Of a stretch of 64,000 nt of DNA, positions 15,001-30,000 are shown piece after piece; the stretch's first letter is position 1, and every line of letters starts with the position of its first letter. Where the stretch lies: positions 376,464,001 through 376,528,000 of the forward strand of contig OZ024742.1 of NCBI GenBank assembly GCA_964016885.1, in the 5' to 3' direction. The position numbers and the translations under genes were made by a program. The stretch is from Eledone cirrhosa (Eukaryota). Under the pieces are notes generated by a model that was not told the origin of the DNA, did no database searches, and saw only the letters and a list, made by a program, of their open reading frames with translations.

Positions 15001-18000
15001 CTCTCACAGATTGTTAGTTTTACAACAATACTATGTAACAGCAGACTCTGTAACAATAGATATATAGTTAAAACTATCAACTCTCACAGATTGTTAGTCT
15101 TACAACAATACTATGTAATAGCAGTCTCTGTAACAATAGATATATAGTTAAAACCATCAACTCTCACAGATTGTTAGTTTTACAACAATACTATGTAACA
15201 GCAGTCTCTGTAACAATAGATATATAGTTAAAACCATCAACTCTCACAGATTGTTACTTTTACAACAATACTATGTAACAGCAGTCTCTGTAACAATAGA
15301 TATATAGTTAGAACTATCAACTCTCACAGATTGTTAGTTTTACAACAATACTATGTAACAGCAGTCTCTGTAACAATAGATATATAGTTAAAACTATCAA
15401 CTCTCACAGATTGTTAGTTTTACAACAATACTATGTAACAGCAGTCTCTGTAACAATAGATATATAGTTAAAACCATCAACTCTCACAGATTGTTAGTTT
15501 TACAACAATACTATGTAACAGCAGTCTCTGTAACAATAGATATATAGTTAAAACTATCAACTGCCACAGATTGTTAGTTTTACAACAATACTATGTAACA
15601 ACATTCTCTGTAATAATAGATATATAGTTAAAACTATCAACTCTCACAGATTGTTAGTTTTACAACAATACTATGTAACAGCAGTGTCTGTAACAATAGA
15701 TATATAGTTAGAACTATCAACTCTCACAGATTGTTAGTTTTACAACAATACTATGTAACAGCAGACTCTGTAACAATAGATATATAGTTAAAACTATCAA
15801 CTCTCACAGATTGTTAGTTTTACAACAATACTATGTAACAGCAGTCTCTGTGACAATAGATATATAGTTAAAACCATCAACTGTCACAGATTGTTACTTT
15901 TACAACAATACTATGTAACAGCAGTCTCTGTAACAATAGATATATAGTTAAAAACCATCAACTCTCACAGATGGTTAGTTTTACAACAATACTATGTAAC
16001 AGCAGACTCTGTAACAATAGATATATAGTTAAAACTATCAACTCTCACAGATTGTTACTTTTACAACAATACTATGTAACAAAAGACTCTGTAACAATAG
16101 ATATATAGTTAGAACTATCAACTCTCACAGATTGTTACTTTTACAACAATACTATGTAACAGCAGACTCTGTAACAATAGATATATAGTTAAAACTATCA
16201 ACTCTCACAGATTGTTAGTTTTACAACAATACTATGTAACAGCAGTCTCTGTAATAATAGATGTATAGTTAAAACTATCAACTCTCACAGATTGTTAGTT
16301 TTACAACAATACTATGTAACAACAGTCTCTGTAACAATAGATATATAGTTAAAACCATCAACTCTCACAGATTGTTAGTTTTACAACAATACTATGTAAC
16401 AGCAGTCTCTGTAACAATAGATATATAGTTAAAACTATCAACTCTCACAGATTGTTAGTTTTACAACAATACTATGTAACAGCAGTCTCTGTAACAATAG
16501 ATATATAGTTAAAACTATCAACTCTCACAGATTGTTAGTTTTACAACAATACTATGTAACAGCAGTCTCTGTAACAATAGATATATAGTTAAAACCATCA
16601 ACTCTCACAGATTGTTACTTTTACAACAATACTATGTAACAGCAGTCTCTGTAACAATAGATATATAGTTAGAACTATCAACTCTCACAGATTGTTAGTT
16701 TTACAACAATACTATGTAACAGCAGTCTCTGTAACAATAGATATATAGTTAAAACTATCAACTCTCACAGATTGTTAGTTTTACAACAATACTATGTAAC
16801 AGCAGTCTCTGTAACAATAGATATATAGTTAAAACCATCAACTCTCACAGATTGTTACTTTTACAACAATACTACGTAACAGCAGTCTCTGTAACAATAG
16901 ATATATAGTTAAAACTATCAACTGCCACAGATTGTTAGTTTTACAACAATACTATGTAACAACATTCTCTGTAATAATAGATATATAGTTAAAACCATCA
17001 ACTCTCACAGATTGTTAGTTTTACAACAATACTATGTAACAGCAGTCTCTGTAACAATAGATATATAGTTAGAACTATCAACTCTCATAGATTGTTAGTT
17101 TTACAACAATACTATGTAACAGCAGACTCTGTAACAATAGATATATAGTTAAAACTATCAACTCTCACAGATTGTTAGTTTTACAACAATACTATGTAAC
17201 AGCAGTCTCTGTGACAATAGATATATAGTTAAAACCATCAACTGTCACAGATTGTTACTTTTACAACAATACTATGTAACAGCAGTCTCTGTAACAATAG
17301 ATATATAGTTAAAAACCATCAACTGTCACAGATGGTTAGTTTTACAACAATACTATGTAAAAGCAGACTCTGTAACAATAGATATATAGTTAAAACTATC
17401 AACTCTCACAGATTGTTACTTTTACAACAATACTATGTAACAACAGACTCTGTAACAATAGATATATAGTTAGAACTATCAACACTCACAGATTGTTACT
17501 TTTACAACAATATTATGTAACAGCAGTCTCTGTAACAATAGATATATAGTTAAAACTATCAACTCTCACAGATTGTTAGTTTTACAACAATACTATGTAG
17601 CAGCAGTCTCTGTAAAAATAGATATATTGTTAAAACTATCAACTCTCACAGATTGTTAGTTTTACAACAATACTATGTACCAGCAGTATCTGTAAAAATA
17701 GATATATAGTTAAAACCATCAACTCTCACAGATTGTTAGTTTTACAACAATACTATGTAACAGCAAGTCTCTGTAACAATAGATATATAGTTAAAACTAT
17801 CAACTGTCACAGATTGTTAGTTTTACAACAATACTATGTACCTGCAGTCTCTGTAACAATTGATATATAGTTAAAACTATCAACTTTCACAGATTGTTAG
17901 TTTTACAACGATACTATGTACCAGCCGTCTCTGTAACAATAGATATATAGTTAAAACTATCAACTCTCACAGATTGTTAGTTTTACAACAATACTATGTA

Positions 18001-21000
18001 CCAGCAGTCTCTGTAACAATAGATATATAGTTAAAACTATCAACTCTCACAGATTATTACTTTTACAACAATACTATGTAACAGCAAGTCTCTGTAACAA
18101 TAGATATATAGTTAAAACTATCAACTCTCACAGATTGTTAGTTTTACAACAATACTATGTACCTGCAGTCTCTGTAACAATTGATATATAGTTAAAACTA
18201 TCAACTCTCACAGATTGTTAGTTTTACAACGATACTATGTACCAGCAGTCTCTGTAACAATAGATATATAGTTAAAACTATCAACTCTCACAGATTGTTA
18301 GTTTTACAACAATACTATGTACCAGCAGTCTCTGTAACAATAGATATATAGTTAAAACTAACAACTCTCACAGATTGTTAGTTTTACAACAATACTATGT
18401 AACAGCAGACTCTGTAACAATAGATATATAGTTAAAACTATCAACTCTCACAGATTGTTAGTCTTACAACAATACTATGTAATAGCAGTCTCTGTAACAA
18501 TAGATATATAGTTAAAACCATCAACTCTCACAGATTGTTAGTTTTACAACAATACTATGTAACAGCAGTCTCTGTAACAATAGATATATAGTTAAAACCA
18601 TCAACTCTCACAGATTGTTACTTTTACAACAATACTATGTAACAGCAGTCTCTGTAACAATAGATATATAGTTAGAACTATCAACTCTCACAGATTGTTA
18701 GTTTTACAACAATACTATGTAACAGCAGTCTCTGTAACAATAGATATATAGTTAAAACCATCAACTCTCACAGATTGTTACTTTTACAACAATACTATGT
18801 AACAGCAGTCTCTGTAACAATAGATATATAGTTAGAACTATCAACTCTCACAGATTGTTAGTTTTTCAACAATACTATGTAACAGCAGTCTCTGTAACAA
18901 TAGATATATAGTTAAAACTATCAACTCTCACAGATTGTTAGTTTTACAACAATACTATGTAACAGCAGTCTCTGTAACAATAGATATATAGTTAAAACCA
19001 TCAACTCTCACAGATTGTTAGTTTTACAACAATACTATGTAACAGCAGTCTCTGTAACAATAGATATATAGTTAAAACTATCAACTGCCACAGATTGTTA
19101 GTTTTACAACAATACTATGTAACAACATTCTCTGTAATAATAGATATATAGTTAAAACTATCAACTCTCACAGATTGTTAGTTTTACAACAATACTATGT
19201 AACAGCAGTCTCTGTAACAATAGATATATAGTTAGAACTATCAACTCTCACAGATTGTTAGTTTTACAACAATACTATGTAACAGCAGACTCTGTAACAA
19301 TAGATATATAGTTAAAACTATCAACTCTCACAGATTGTTAGTTTTACAACAATACTATGTAACAGCAGTCTCTGTGACAATAGATATATAGTTCAAACCA
19401 TCAACTGTCACAGATTGTTACTTTTACAACAATAATATGTAACAGCAGTCTCTGTAACAATAGATATATAGTTAAAAACCATCAACTCTCACAGATGGTT
19501 AGTTTTACAACAATACTATGTAACAGCAGACTCTGTAACAATAGATATATAGTTAAAACTATCAACTCTCACAGATTGTTACTTTTACAACAATACTATG
19601 TAACAACAGACTCTGTAACAATAGATATATAGTTAGAACTATCAACTCTCACAGATTGTTACTTTTACAACAATACTATGTAACAGCAGACTCTGTAACA
19701 ATAGATATATAGTTAAAACTATCAACTCTCACAGATTGTTAGTTTTACAACAATACTATGTAACAGCAGTCTCTGTAATAATAGATGTATAGTTAAAACT
19801 ATCAACTCTCACAGATTGTTAGTTTTACAACAATACTATGTAACAACAGTCTCTGTAACAATAGATATATGGTTAAAACCATCAACTCTCACAGATTGTT
19901 AGTTTTACAACAATACTATGTAACAGCAGTCTCTGTAACAATAGATATATAGTTAAAACTATCAACTCTCACAGATTGTTAGTTTTACAACAATACTATG
20001 TAACAGCAGTCTCTGTAACAATAGATATATAGTTAAAACCATCAACTCTCACAGATTGTTACTTTTACAACAATACTATGTAACAGCAGTCTCTGTAACA
20101 ATAGATATATAGTTAGAACTATCAACTCTCACAGATTGTTAGTTTTACAACAATACTATGTAACAGCAGTCTCTGTAACAATAGATATATAGTTAAAACT
20201 ATCAACTCTCACAGATTGTTAGTTTTACAACAATACTATGTAACAGCAGTCTCTGTAACAATAGATATATAGTTAAAACCATCAACTCTCACAGATTGTT
20301 AGTTTTACAACAATACTATGTAACAGCAGTCTCTGTAACAATAGATATATAGTTAAAACTATCAACTGCCACAGATTGTTAGTTTTACAACAATACTATG
20401 TAACAACATTCTCTGTAATAATAGATATATAGTTAAAACTATCAACTCTCACAGATTGTTAGTTTTACAACAATACTATGTAACAGCAGTCTCTGTAACA
20501 ATAGATATATAGTTAGAACTATCAACTCTCACAGATTGTTAGTTTTACAACAATACTATGTAACAGCAGACTCTGTAACAATAGATGTATAGTTAAAACT
20601 ATCAACTCTCACAGATTGTTAGTTTTACAACAATACTATGTAACAGCAGTCTCTGTGACAATAGATATATAGTTAAAACCATCAACTGTCACAGATTGTT
20701 ACTTTTACAACAATACTATGTAACAGCAGTCTCTGTAACAATAGATATATAGTTAAAAACCATCAACTCTCACAGATGGTTAGTTTTACAACAATACTAT
20801 GTAACAGCAGACTCTGTAACAATAGATATATAGTTAAAACTATCAACTCTCACAGATTGTTACTTTTACAACAATACTATGTAACAACAGACTCTGTAAC
20901 AATAGATATATAGTTAGAACTATCAACTCTCACAGATTGTTACTTTTACAACAATACTATGTAACAGCAGACTCTGTAACAATAGATATATAGTTAAAAC

Positions 21001-24000
21001 TATCAACTCTCACAGATTGTTAGTTTTACAACAATACTATGTAACAGCAGTCTCTGTAATAATAGATGTATAGTTAAAACTATCAACTCTCACAGATTGT
21101 TAGTTTTACAACAATACTATGTAACAACAGTCTCTGTAACAATAGATATATAGTTAAAACCATCAACTCTCACAGATTGTTAGTTTTACTACAATACTAT
21201 GTAACAGCAGTCTCTGTAACAATAGATATATAGTTAAAACTATCAACTCTCACAGATTGTTAGTTTTACAACAATACTATGTAACAGCAGTCTCTGTAAC
21301 AATGGATATATAGTTAAAACTATCAACTCTCACAGATTGTTAGTTTTACAACAATACTATGTAACAGCAGTCTCTGTAACAATAGATATATATTTAAAAC
21401 CATCAACTGTCACAGATTGTTAGTTTTACAACAATACTATGTAACAACAGTCTCAGTAACAATAGATATATAGTTAAAACTATCAACTCTCACAGATTGT
21501 TAGTTTTACAACAATACTATGTAACAACAGACTCTGTAACAATAGATATATAGCTAAAACTATCAACACTCACAGATTGTTACTTTTACAACAATACTAT
21601 GTAACAGCAGTCTCTGTAACAATAGATATATAGTTAAAACTATAAACTCTCACAGATTGTTAGTTTTACAACAATACTATGTAGCAGCAGTCTCTGTAAA
21701 AATAGATATATTGTTAAAACTATCAACTCTCACAGATTGGTAGTTTTACAACAATACTATGTACCAGCAGTATCTGTAAAAATAGATATATAGTTAAAAC
21801 CATCAACTCTCACAGATTGTTAGTTTTACAACAATACTATGTAACAGCAGTCTCTGTAACAATAGATATATAGTTAAAACTATCAACTCTCACATATTGT
21901 TACTTTTACCACAATACTATGTAACAGCAGTCTCTGTAACAATAGATATATAGTTAAAACTATCAACTCTCACAGATTGTTAGTTTTACAACAATACTAT
22001 GTAACAGCAGTCTCTGTAATAATAGATGTATAGTTAAAACTATCAACTCTCACAGATTGTTAGTTTTACAACAATACTATGTAACAGCAGTCTCTGTAAT
22101 AATAGATGTATAGTTAAAACTATCAACTCTCACAGATTGTTAGTTTTACAACAATACTATGTAACAGCAGACTCTGTAACAATAGATATATAGTTAAAAC
22201 TATCAACTCTCACAGATTGTTAGTTTTACAACAATACTATGTAACAGCAGTCTCTGTGACAATAGATATATAGTTCAAACCATCAACTGTCACAGATTGT
22301 TACTTTTACAACAATAATATGTAACAGCAGTCTCTGTAACAATAGATATATAGTTAAAAACCATCAACTCTCACAGATGGTTAGTTTTACAACAATACTA
22401 TGTAACAGCAGACTCTGTAACAATAGATATATAGTTAAAACTATCAACTCTCACAGATTGTTACTTTTACAACAATACTATGTAACAACAGACTCTGTAA
22501 CAATAGATATATAGTTAGAACTATCAACTCTCACAGATTGTTACTTTTACAACAATACTATGTAACAGCAGACTCTGTAACAATAGATATATAGTTAAAA
22601 CTATCAACTCTCACAGATTGTTAGTTTTACAACAATACTATGTAACAGCAGTCTCTGTAATAATAGATGTATAGTTAAAACTATCAACTCTCACAGATTG
22701 TTAGTTTTACAACAATACTATGTAACAACAGTCTCTGTAACAATAGATATATGGTTAAAACCATCAACTCTCACAGATTGTTAGTTTTACAACAATACTA
22801 TGTAACAGCAGTCTCTGTAACAATAGATATATAGTTAAAACTATCAACTCTCACAGATTGTTAGTTTTACAACAATACTATGTAACAGCAGTCTCTGTAA
22901 CAATAGATATATAGTTAAAACCATCAACTCTCACAGATTGTTACTTTTACAACAATACTATGTAACAGCAGTCTCTGTAACAATAGATATATAGTTAGAA
23001 CTATCAACTCTCACAGATTGTTAGTTTTACAACAATACTATGTAACAGCAGTCTCTGTAACAATAGATATATAGTTAAAACTATCAACTCTCACAGATTG
23101 TTAGTTTTACAACAATACTATGTAACAGCAGTCTCTGTAACAATAGATATATAGTTAAAACCATCAACTCTCACAGATTGTTAGTTTTACAACAATACTA
23201 TGTAACAGCAGTCTCTGTAACAATAGATATATAGTTAAAACTATCAACTGCCACAGATTGTTAGTTTTACAACAATACTATGTAACAACATTCTCTGTAA
23301 TAATAGATATATAGTTAAAACTATCAACTCTCACAGATTGTTAGTTTTACAACAATACTATGTAACAGCAGTCTCTGTAACAATAGATATATAGTTAGAA
23401 CTATCAACTCTCACAGATTGTTAGTTTTACAACAATACTATGTAACAGCAGACTCTGTAACAATAGATGTATAGTTAAAACTATCAACTCTCACAGATTG
23501 TTAGTTTTACAACAATACTATGTAACAGCAGTCTCTGTGACAATAGATATATAGTTAAAACCATCAACTGTCACAGATTGTTACTTTTACAACAATACTA
23601 TGTAACAGCAGTCTCTGTAACAATAGATATATAGTTAAAAACCATCAACTCTCACAGATGGTTAGTTTTACAACAATACTATGTAACAGCAGACTCTGTA
23701 ACAATAGATATATAGTTAAAACTATCAACTCTCACAGATTGTTACTTTTACAACAATACTATGTAACAACAGACTCTGTAACAATAGATATATAGTTAGA
23801 ACTATCAACTCTCACAGATTGTTACTTTTACAACAATACTATGTAACAGCAGACTCTGTAACAATAGATATATAGTTAAAACTATCAACTCTCACAGATT
23901 GTTAGTTTTACAACAATACTATGTAACAGCAGTCTCTGTAATAATAGATGTATAGTTAAAACTATCAACTCTCACAGATTGTTAGTTTTACAACAATACT

Positions 24001-27000
24001 ATGTAACAACAGTCTCTGTAACAATAGATATATAGTTAAAACCATCAACTCTCACAGATTGTTAGTTTTACTACAATACTATGTAACAGCAGTCTCTGTA
24101 ACAATAGATATATAGTTAAAACTATCAACTCTCACAGATTGTTAGTTTTACAACAATACTATGTAACAGCAGTCTCTGTAACAATGGATATATAGTTAAA
24201 ACTATCAACTCTCACAGATTGTTAGTTTTACAACAATACTATGTAACAGCAGTCTCTGTAACAATAGATATATATTTAAAACCATCAACTGTCACAGATT
24301 GTTAGTTTTACAACAATACTATGTAACAACAGTCTCAGTAACAATAGATATATAGTTAAAACTATCAACTCTCACAGATTGTTAGTTTTACAACAATACT
24401 ATGTAACAACAGACTCTGTAACAATAGATATATAGCTAAAACTATCAACACTCACAGATTGTTACTTTTACAACAATACTATGTAACAGCAGTCTCTGTA
24501 ACAATAGATATATAGTTAAAACTATAAACTCTCACAGATTGTTAGTTTTACAACAATACTATGTAGCAGCAGTCTCTGTAAAAATAGATATATTGTTAAA
24601 ACTATCAACTCTCACAGATTGGTAGTTTTACAACAATACTATGTACCAGCAGTATCTGTAAAAATAGATATATAGTTAAAACCATCAACTCTCACAGATT
24701 GTTAGTTTTACAACAATACTATGTAACAGCAGTCTCTGTAACAATAGATATATAGTTAAAACTATCAACTCTCACATATTGTTACTTTTACCACAATACT
24801 ATGTAACAGCAGTCTCTGTAACAATAGATATATAGTTAAAACTATCAACTCTCACATATTGTTACTTTTACCACAATACTACGTAACAGCAGTCTCTGTA
24901 ACAATAGATATATAGTTAAAACCATCAACTCTCACAGATTATTACTTTTACAACAATACTATGTAACAGCAAGTCTCTGTAACAATAGATATATAGTTAA
25001 AACTATCAACTGTCACAGATTGTTAGTTTTACAACAATACTATGTACCTGCAGTCTCTGTAACAATTGATATATAGTTAAAACTATCAACTTTCACAGAT
25101 TGTTAGTTTTACAACGATACTATGTACCAGCAGTCTCTGTAACAATAGATATATAGCTAAAACTATCAACTCTCACAGATTGTTAGTTTTACAACAATAC
25201 TATGTAACAGCAGTCTCTGTAACAATAGATATATAGTTAGAACTATCAACTCTCACAGATTGTTAGTTTTACAACAATACTATGTAACAGCAGACTCTGT
25301 AACAATAGATGTATAGTTAAAACTATCAACTCTCACAGATTGTTAGTTTTACAACAATACTATGTAACAGCAGTCTCTGTGACAATAGATATATAGTTAA
25401 AACCATCAACTGTCACAGATTGTTACTTTTACAACAATACTATGTAACAGCAGTCTCTGTAACAATAGATATATAGTTAAAAACCATCAACTCTCACAGA
25501 TGGTTAGTTTTACAACAATACTATGTAACAGCAGACTCTGTAACAATAGATATATAGTTAAAACTATCAACTCTCACAGATTGTTACTTTTACAACAATA
25601 CTATGTAACAACAGACTCTGTAACAATAGATATATAGTTAGAACTATCAACTCTCACAGATTGTTACTTTTACAACAATACTATGTAACAGCAGACTCTG
25701 TAACAATAGATATATAGTTAAAACTATCAACTCTCACAGATTGTTAGTTTTACAACAATACTATGTAACAGCAGTCTCTGTAATAATAGATGTATAGTTA
25801 AAACTATCAACTCTCACAGATTGTTAGTTTTACAACAATACTATGTAACAACAGTCTCTGTAACAATAGATATATAGTTAAAACCATCAACTCTCACAGA
25901 TTGTTAGTTTTACTACAATACTATGTAACAGCAGTCTCTGTAACAATAGATATATAGTTAAAACTATCAACTCTCACAGATTGTTAGTTTTACAACAATA
26001 CTATGTAACAGCAGTCTCTGTAACAATGGATATATAGTTAAAACTATCAACTCTCACAGATTGTTAGTTTTACAACAATACTATGTAACAGCAGTCTCTG
26101 TAACAATAGATATATATTTAAAACCATCAACTGTCACAGATTGTTAGTTTTACAACAATACTATGTAACAACAGTCTCAGTAACAATAGATATATAGTTA
26201 AAACTATCAACTCTCACAGATTGTTAGTTTTACAACAATACTATGTAACAACAGACTCTGTAACAATAGATATATAGCTAAAACTATCAACACTCACAGA
26301 TTGTTACTTTTACAACAATACTATGTAACAGCAGTCTCTGTAACAATAGATATATAGTTAAAACTATAAACTCTCACAGATTGTTAGTTTTACAACAATA
26401 CTATGTAGCAGCAGTCTCTGTAAAAATAGATATATTGTTAAAACTATCAACTCTCACAGATTGGTAGTTTTACAACAATACTATGTACCAGCAGTATCTG
26501 TAAAAATAGATATATAGTTAAAACCATCAACTCTCACAGATTGTTAGTTTTACAACAATACTATGTAACAGCAGTCTCTGTAACAATAGATATATAGTTA
26601 AAACTATCAACTCTCACATATTGTTACTTTTACCACAATACTATGTAACAGCAGTCTCTGTAACAATAGATATATAGTTAAAACTATCAACTCTCACATA
26701 TTGTTACTTTTACCACAATACTACGTAACAGCAGTCTCTGTAACAATAGATATATAGTTAAAACCATCAACTCTCACAGATTATTACTTTTACAACAATA
26801 CTATGTAACAGCAAGTCTCTGTAACAATAGATATATAGTTAAAACTATCAACTGTCACAGATTGTTAGTTTTACAACAATACTATGTACCTGCAGTCTCT
26901 GTAACAATTGATATATAGTTAAAACTATCAACTTTCACAGATTGTTAGTTTTACAACGATACTATGTACCAGCAGTCTCTGTAACAATAGATATATAGCT

Positions 27001-30000
27001 AAAACTATCAACTCTCACAGATTGTTAGTTTTACAACAATACTATGTACCAGCAGTCTCTGTAACAATAGATATATAGTTAAAACTATCAACTCTCACAG
27101 ATTGTTAGTTTTACAACAATACTATGTACCAGCAGTCTCTGTAACAATAGATATATAGTTAAAACTATCAACTCTCACAGATTATTACTTTTACAACAAT
27201 ACTATGTAACAGCAAGTCTCTGTAACAATAGATATATATTTAAAACCATCAACTGTCACAGATTGTTAGTTTTACAACAATACTATGTAACAGCAGTCTC
27301 TGTAACAATAGATATATAGTTAGAACTATCAACTCTCACAGATTGTTAGTTTTACAACAATACTATGTAACAGCAGACTCTGTAACAATAGATATATAGT
27401 TAAAACTATCAACTCTCACAGATTGTTAGTTTTACAACAATACTATGTAACAGCAGTCTCTGTGACAATAGATATATAGTTAAAACCATCAACTGTCACA
27501 GATTGTTACTTTTACAACAATACTATGTAACAGCAGTCTCTGTAACAATAGATATATAGTTAAAAACCATCAACTCTCACAGATGGTTAGTTTTACAACA
27601 ATACTATGTAACAGCAGACTCTGTAACAATAGATATATAGTTAAAACTATCAACTCTCACAGATTGTTACTTTTACAACAATACTATGTAACAACAGACT
27701 CTGTAACAATAGATATATAGTTAGAACTATCAACTCTCACAGATTGTTACTTTTACAACAATACTATGTAACAGCAGACTCTGTAACAATAGATATATAG
27801 TTAAAACTATCAACTCTCACAGATTGTTAGTTTTACAACAATACTATGTAACAGCAGTCTCTGTAATAATAGATGTATAGTTAAAACTATCAACTCTCAC
27901 AGATTGTTAGTTTTACAACAATACTATGTAACAACAGTCTCTGTAACAATAGATATATAGTTAAAACCATCAACTCTCACAGATTGTTAGTTTTACTACA
28001 ATACTATGTAACAGCAGTCTCTGTAACAATAGATATATAGTTAAAACTATCAACTCTCACAGATTGTTAGTTTTACAACAATACTATGTAACAGCAGTCT
28101 CTGTAACAATAGATATATAGTTAAAACTATCAACTCTCACAGATTGTTAGTTTTACAACAATACTATGTAACAGCAGTCTCTGTAACAATAGATATATAT
28201 TTAAAACCATCAACTGTCACAGATTGTTAGTTTTACAACAATACTATGTAACAACAGTCTCAGTAACAATAGATATATAGTTAAAACTATCAACTCTCAC
28301 AGATTGTTAGTTTTACAACAATACTATGTAACAACAGACTCTGTAACAATAGATATATAGTTAAAACTATCAACACTCACAGATTGTTACTTTTACAACA
28401 ATACTATGTAACAGCAGTCTCTGTAACAATAGATATATAGTTAAAACTATAAACTCTCACAGATTGTTAGTTTTACAACAATACTATGTAGCAGCAGTCT
28501 CTGTAAAAATAGATATATTGTTAAAACTATCAACTCTCACAGATTGTTAGTTTTACAACAATACTATGTACCAGCAGTATCTGTAAAAATAGATATATAG
28601 TTAAAACCATCAACTCTCACAGATTGTTAGTTTTACAACAATACTATGTAACAGCAGTCTCTGTAACAATAGATATATAGTTAAAACTATCAACTCTCAC
28701 ATATTGTTACTTTTACCACAATACTATGTAACAGCAGTCTCTGTAACAATAGATATATAGTTAAAACCATCAACTCTCACAGATTATTACTTTTACAACA
28801 ATACTATGTAACAGCAAGTCTCTGTAACAATAGATATATAGTTAAAACTATCAACTGTCACAGATTGTTAGTTTTACAACAATACTATGTACCTGCAGTC
28901 TCTGTAACAATTGATATATAGTTAAAACTATCAACTTTCACAGATTGTTAGTTTTACAACGATACTATGTACCAGCAGTCTCTGTAACAATAGATATATA
29001 GTTAAAACTATCAACTCTCACAGATTGTTAGTTTTACAACAATACTATGTACCAGCAGTCTCTGTAACAATAGATATATAGTTAAAACTATCAACTCTCA
29101 CAGATTGTTAGGTTTACAACAATACTATGTACCAGCAGTCTCTGTAACAATAGATATATAGTTAAAACTGTCAACTCTCAGAGATTGTTAGTTTTACAAC
29201 AATACTATGTAACAGCAGTCTCTGTAACAATAGATATATAGTTAAAACTATCAACTCTCACAGATTGTTAGTTTTACAACAATACTATGTAACAGCAGAC
29301 TCTGTAACAATAGATATATAGTTAAAACTATCAACTCTCACAGATTGTTAGTCTTACAACAATACTATGTAATAGCAGTCTCTGTAACAATAGATATATA
29401 GTTAAAACCATCAACTCTCACAGATTGTTAGTTTTACAACAATTCTATGTAACAGCAGTCTCTGTAACAATAGATATATAGTTAAAACCATCAACTCTCA
29501 CAGATTGTTACTTTTACAACAATACTATGTAACAGCAGTCTCTGTAACAATAGATATATAGTTAGAACTATCAACTCTCACAGATTGTTAATTTTTACAA
29601 CAATACTATGTAACAGCAGTCTCTGTAACAATAGATATATAGTTAAAACCATCAACTCTCACAGATTGTTACTTTTACAACAATACTATGTAACAGTAGT
29701 CTCTGTAACAATAGATATATAGTTAGAACTATCAACTCTCACAGATTGTTAGTTTTACAACAATACTATGTAACAGCAGTCTCTGTAACAATAGATATAT
29801 AGTTAAAACCATCAACTCTCACAGATTGTTAGTTTTACAACAATACTATGTAACAGCAGTCTCTGTAACAATAGATATATAGTTAAAACCATCAACTCTC
29901 ACAGATTGTTAGTTTTACAACAATACTATGTAACAGCAGTCTCTGTAATAATAGATGTATAGTTAAAACTATCAACTCTCACAGATTGTTAGTTTTACAA

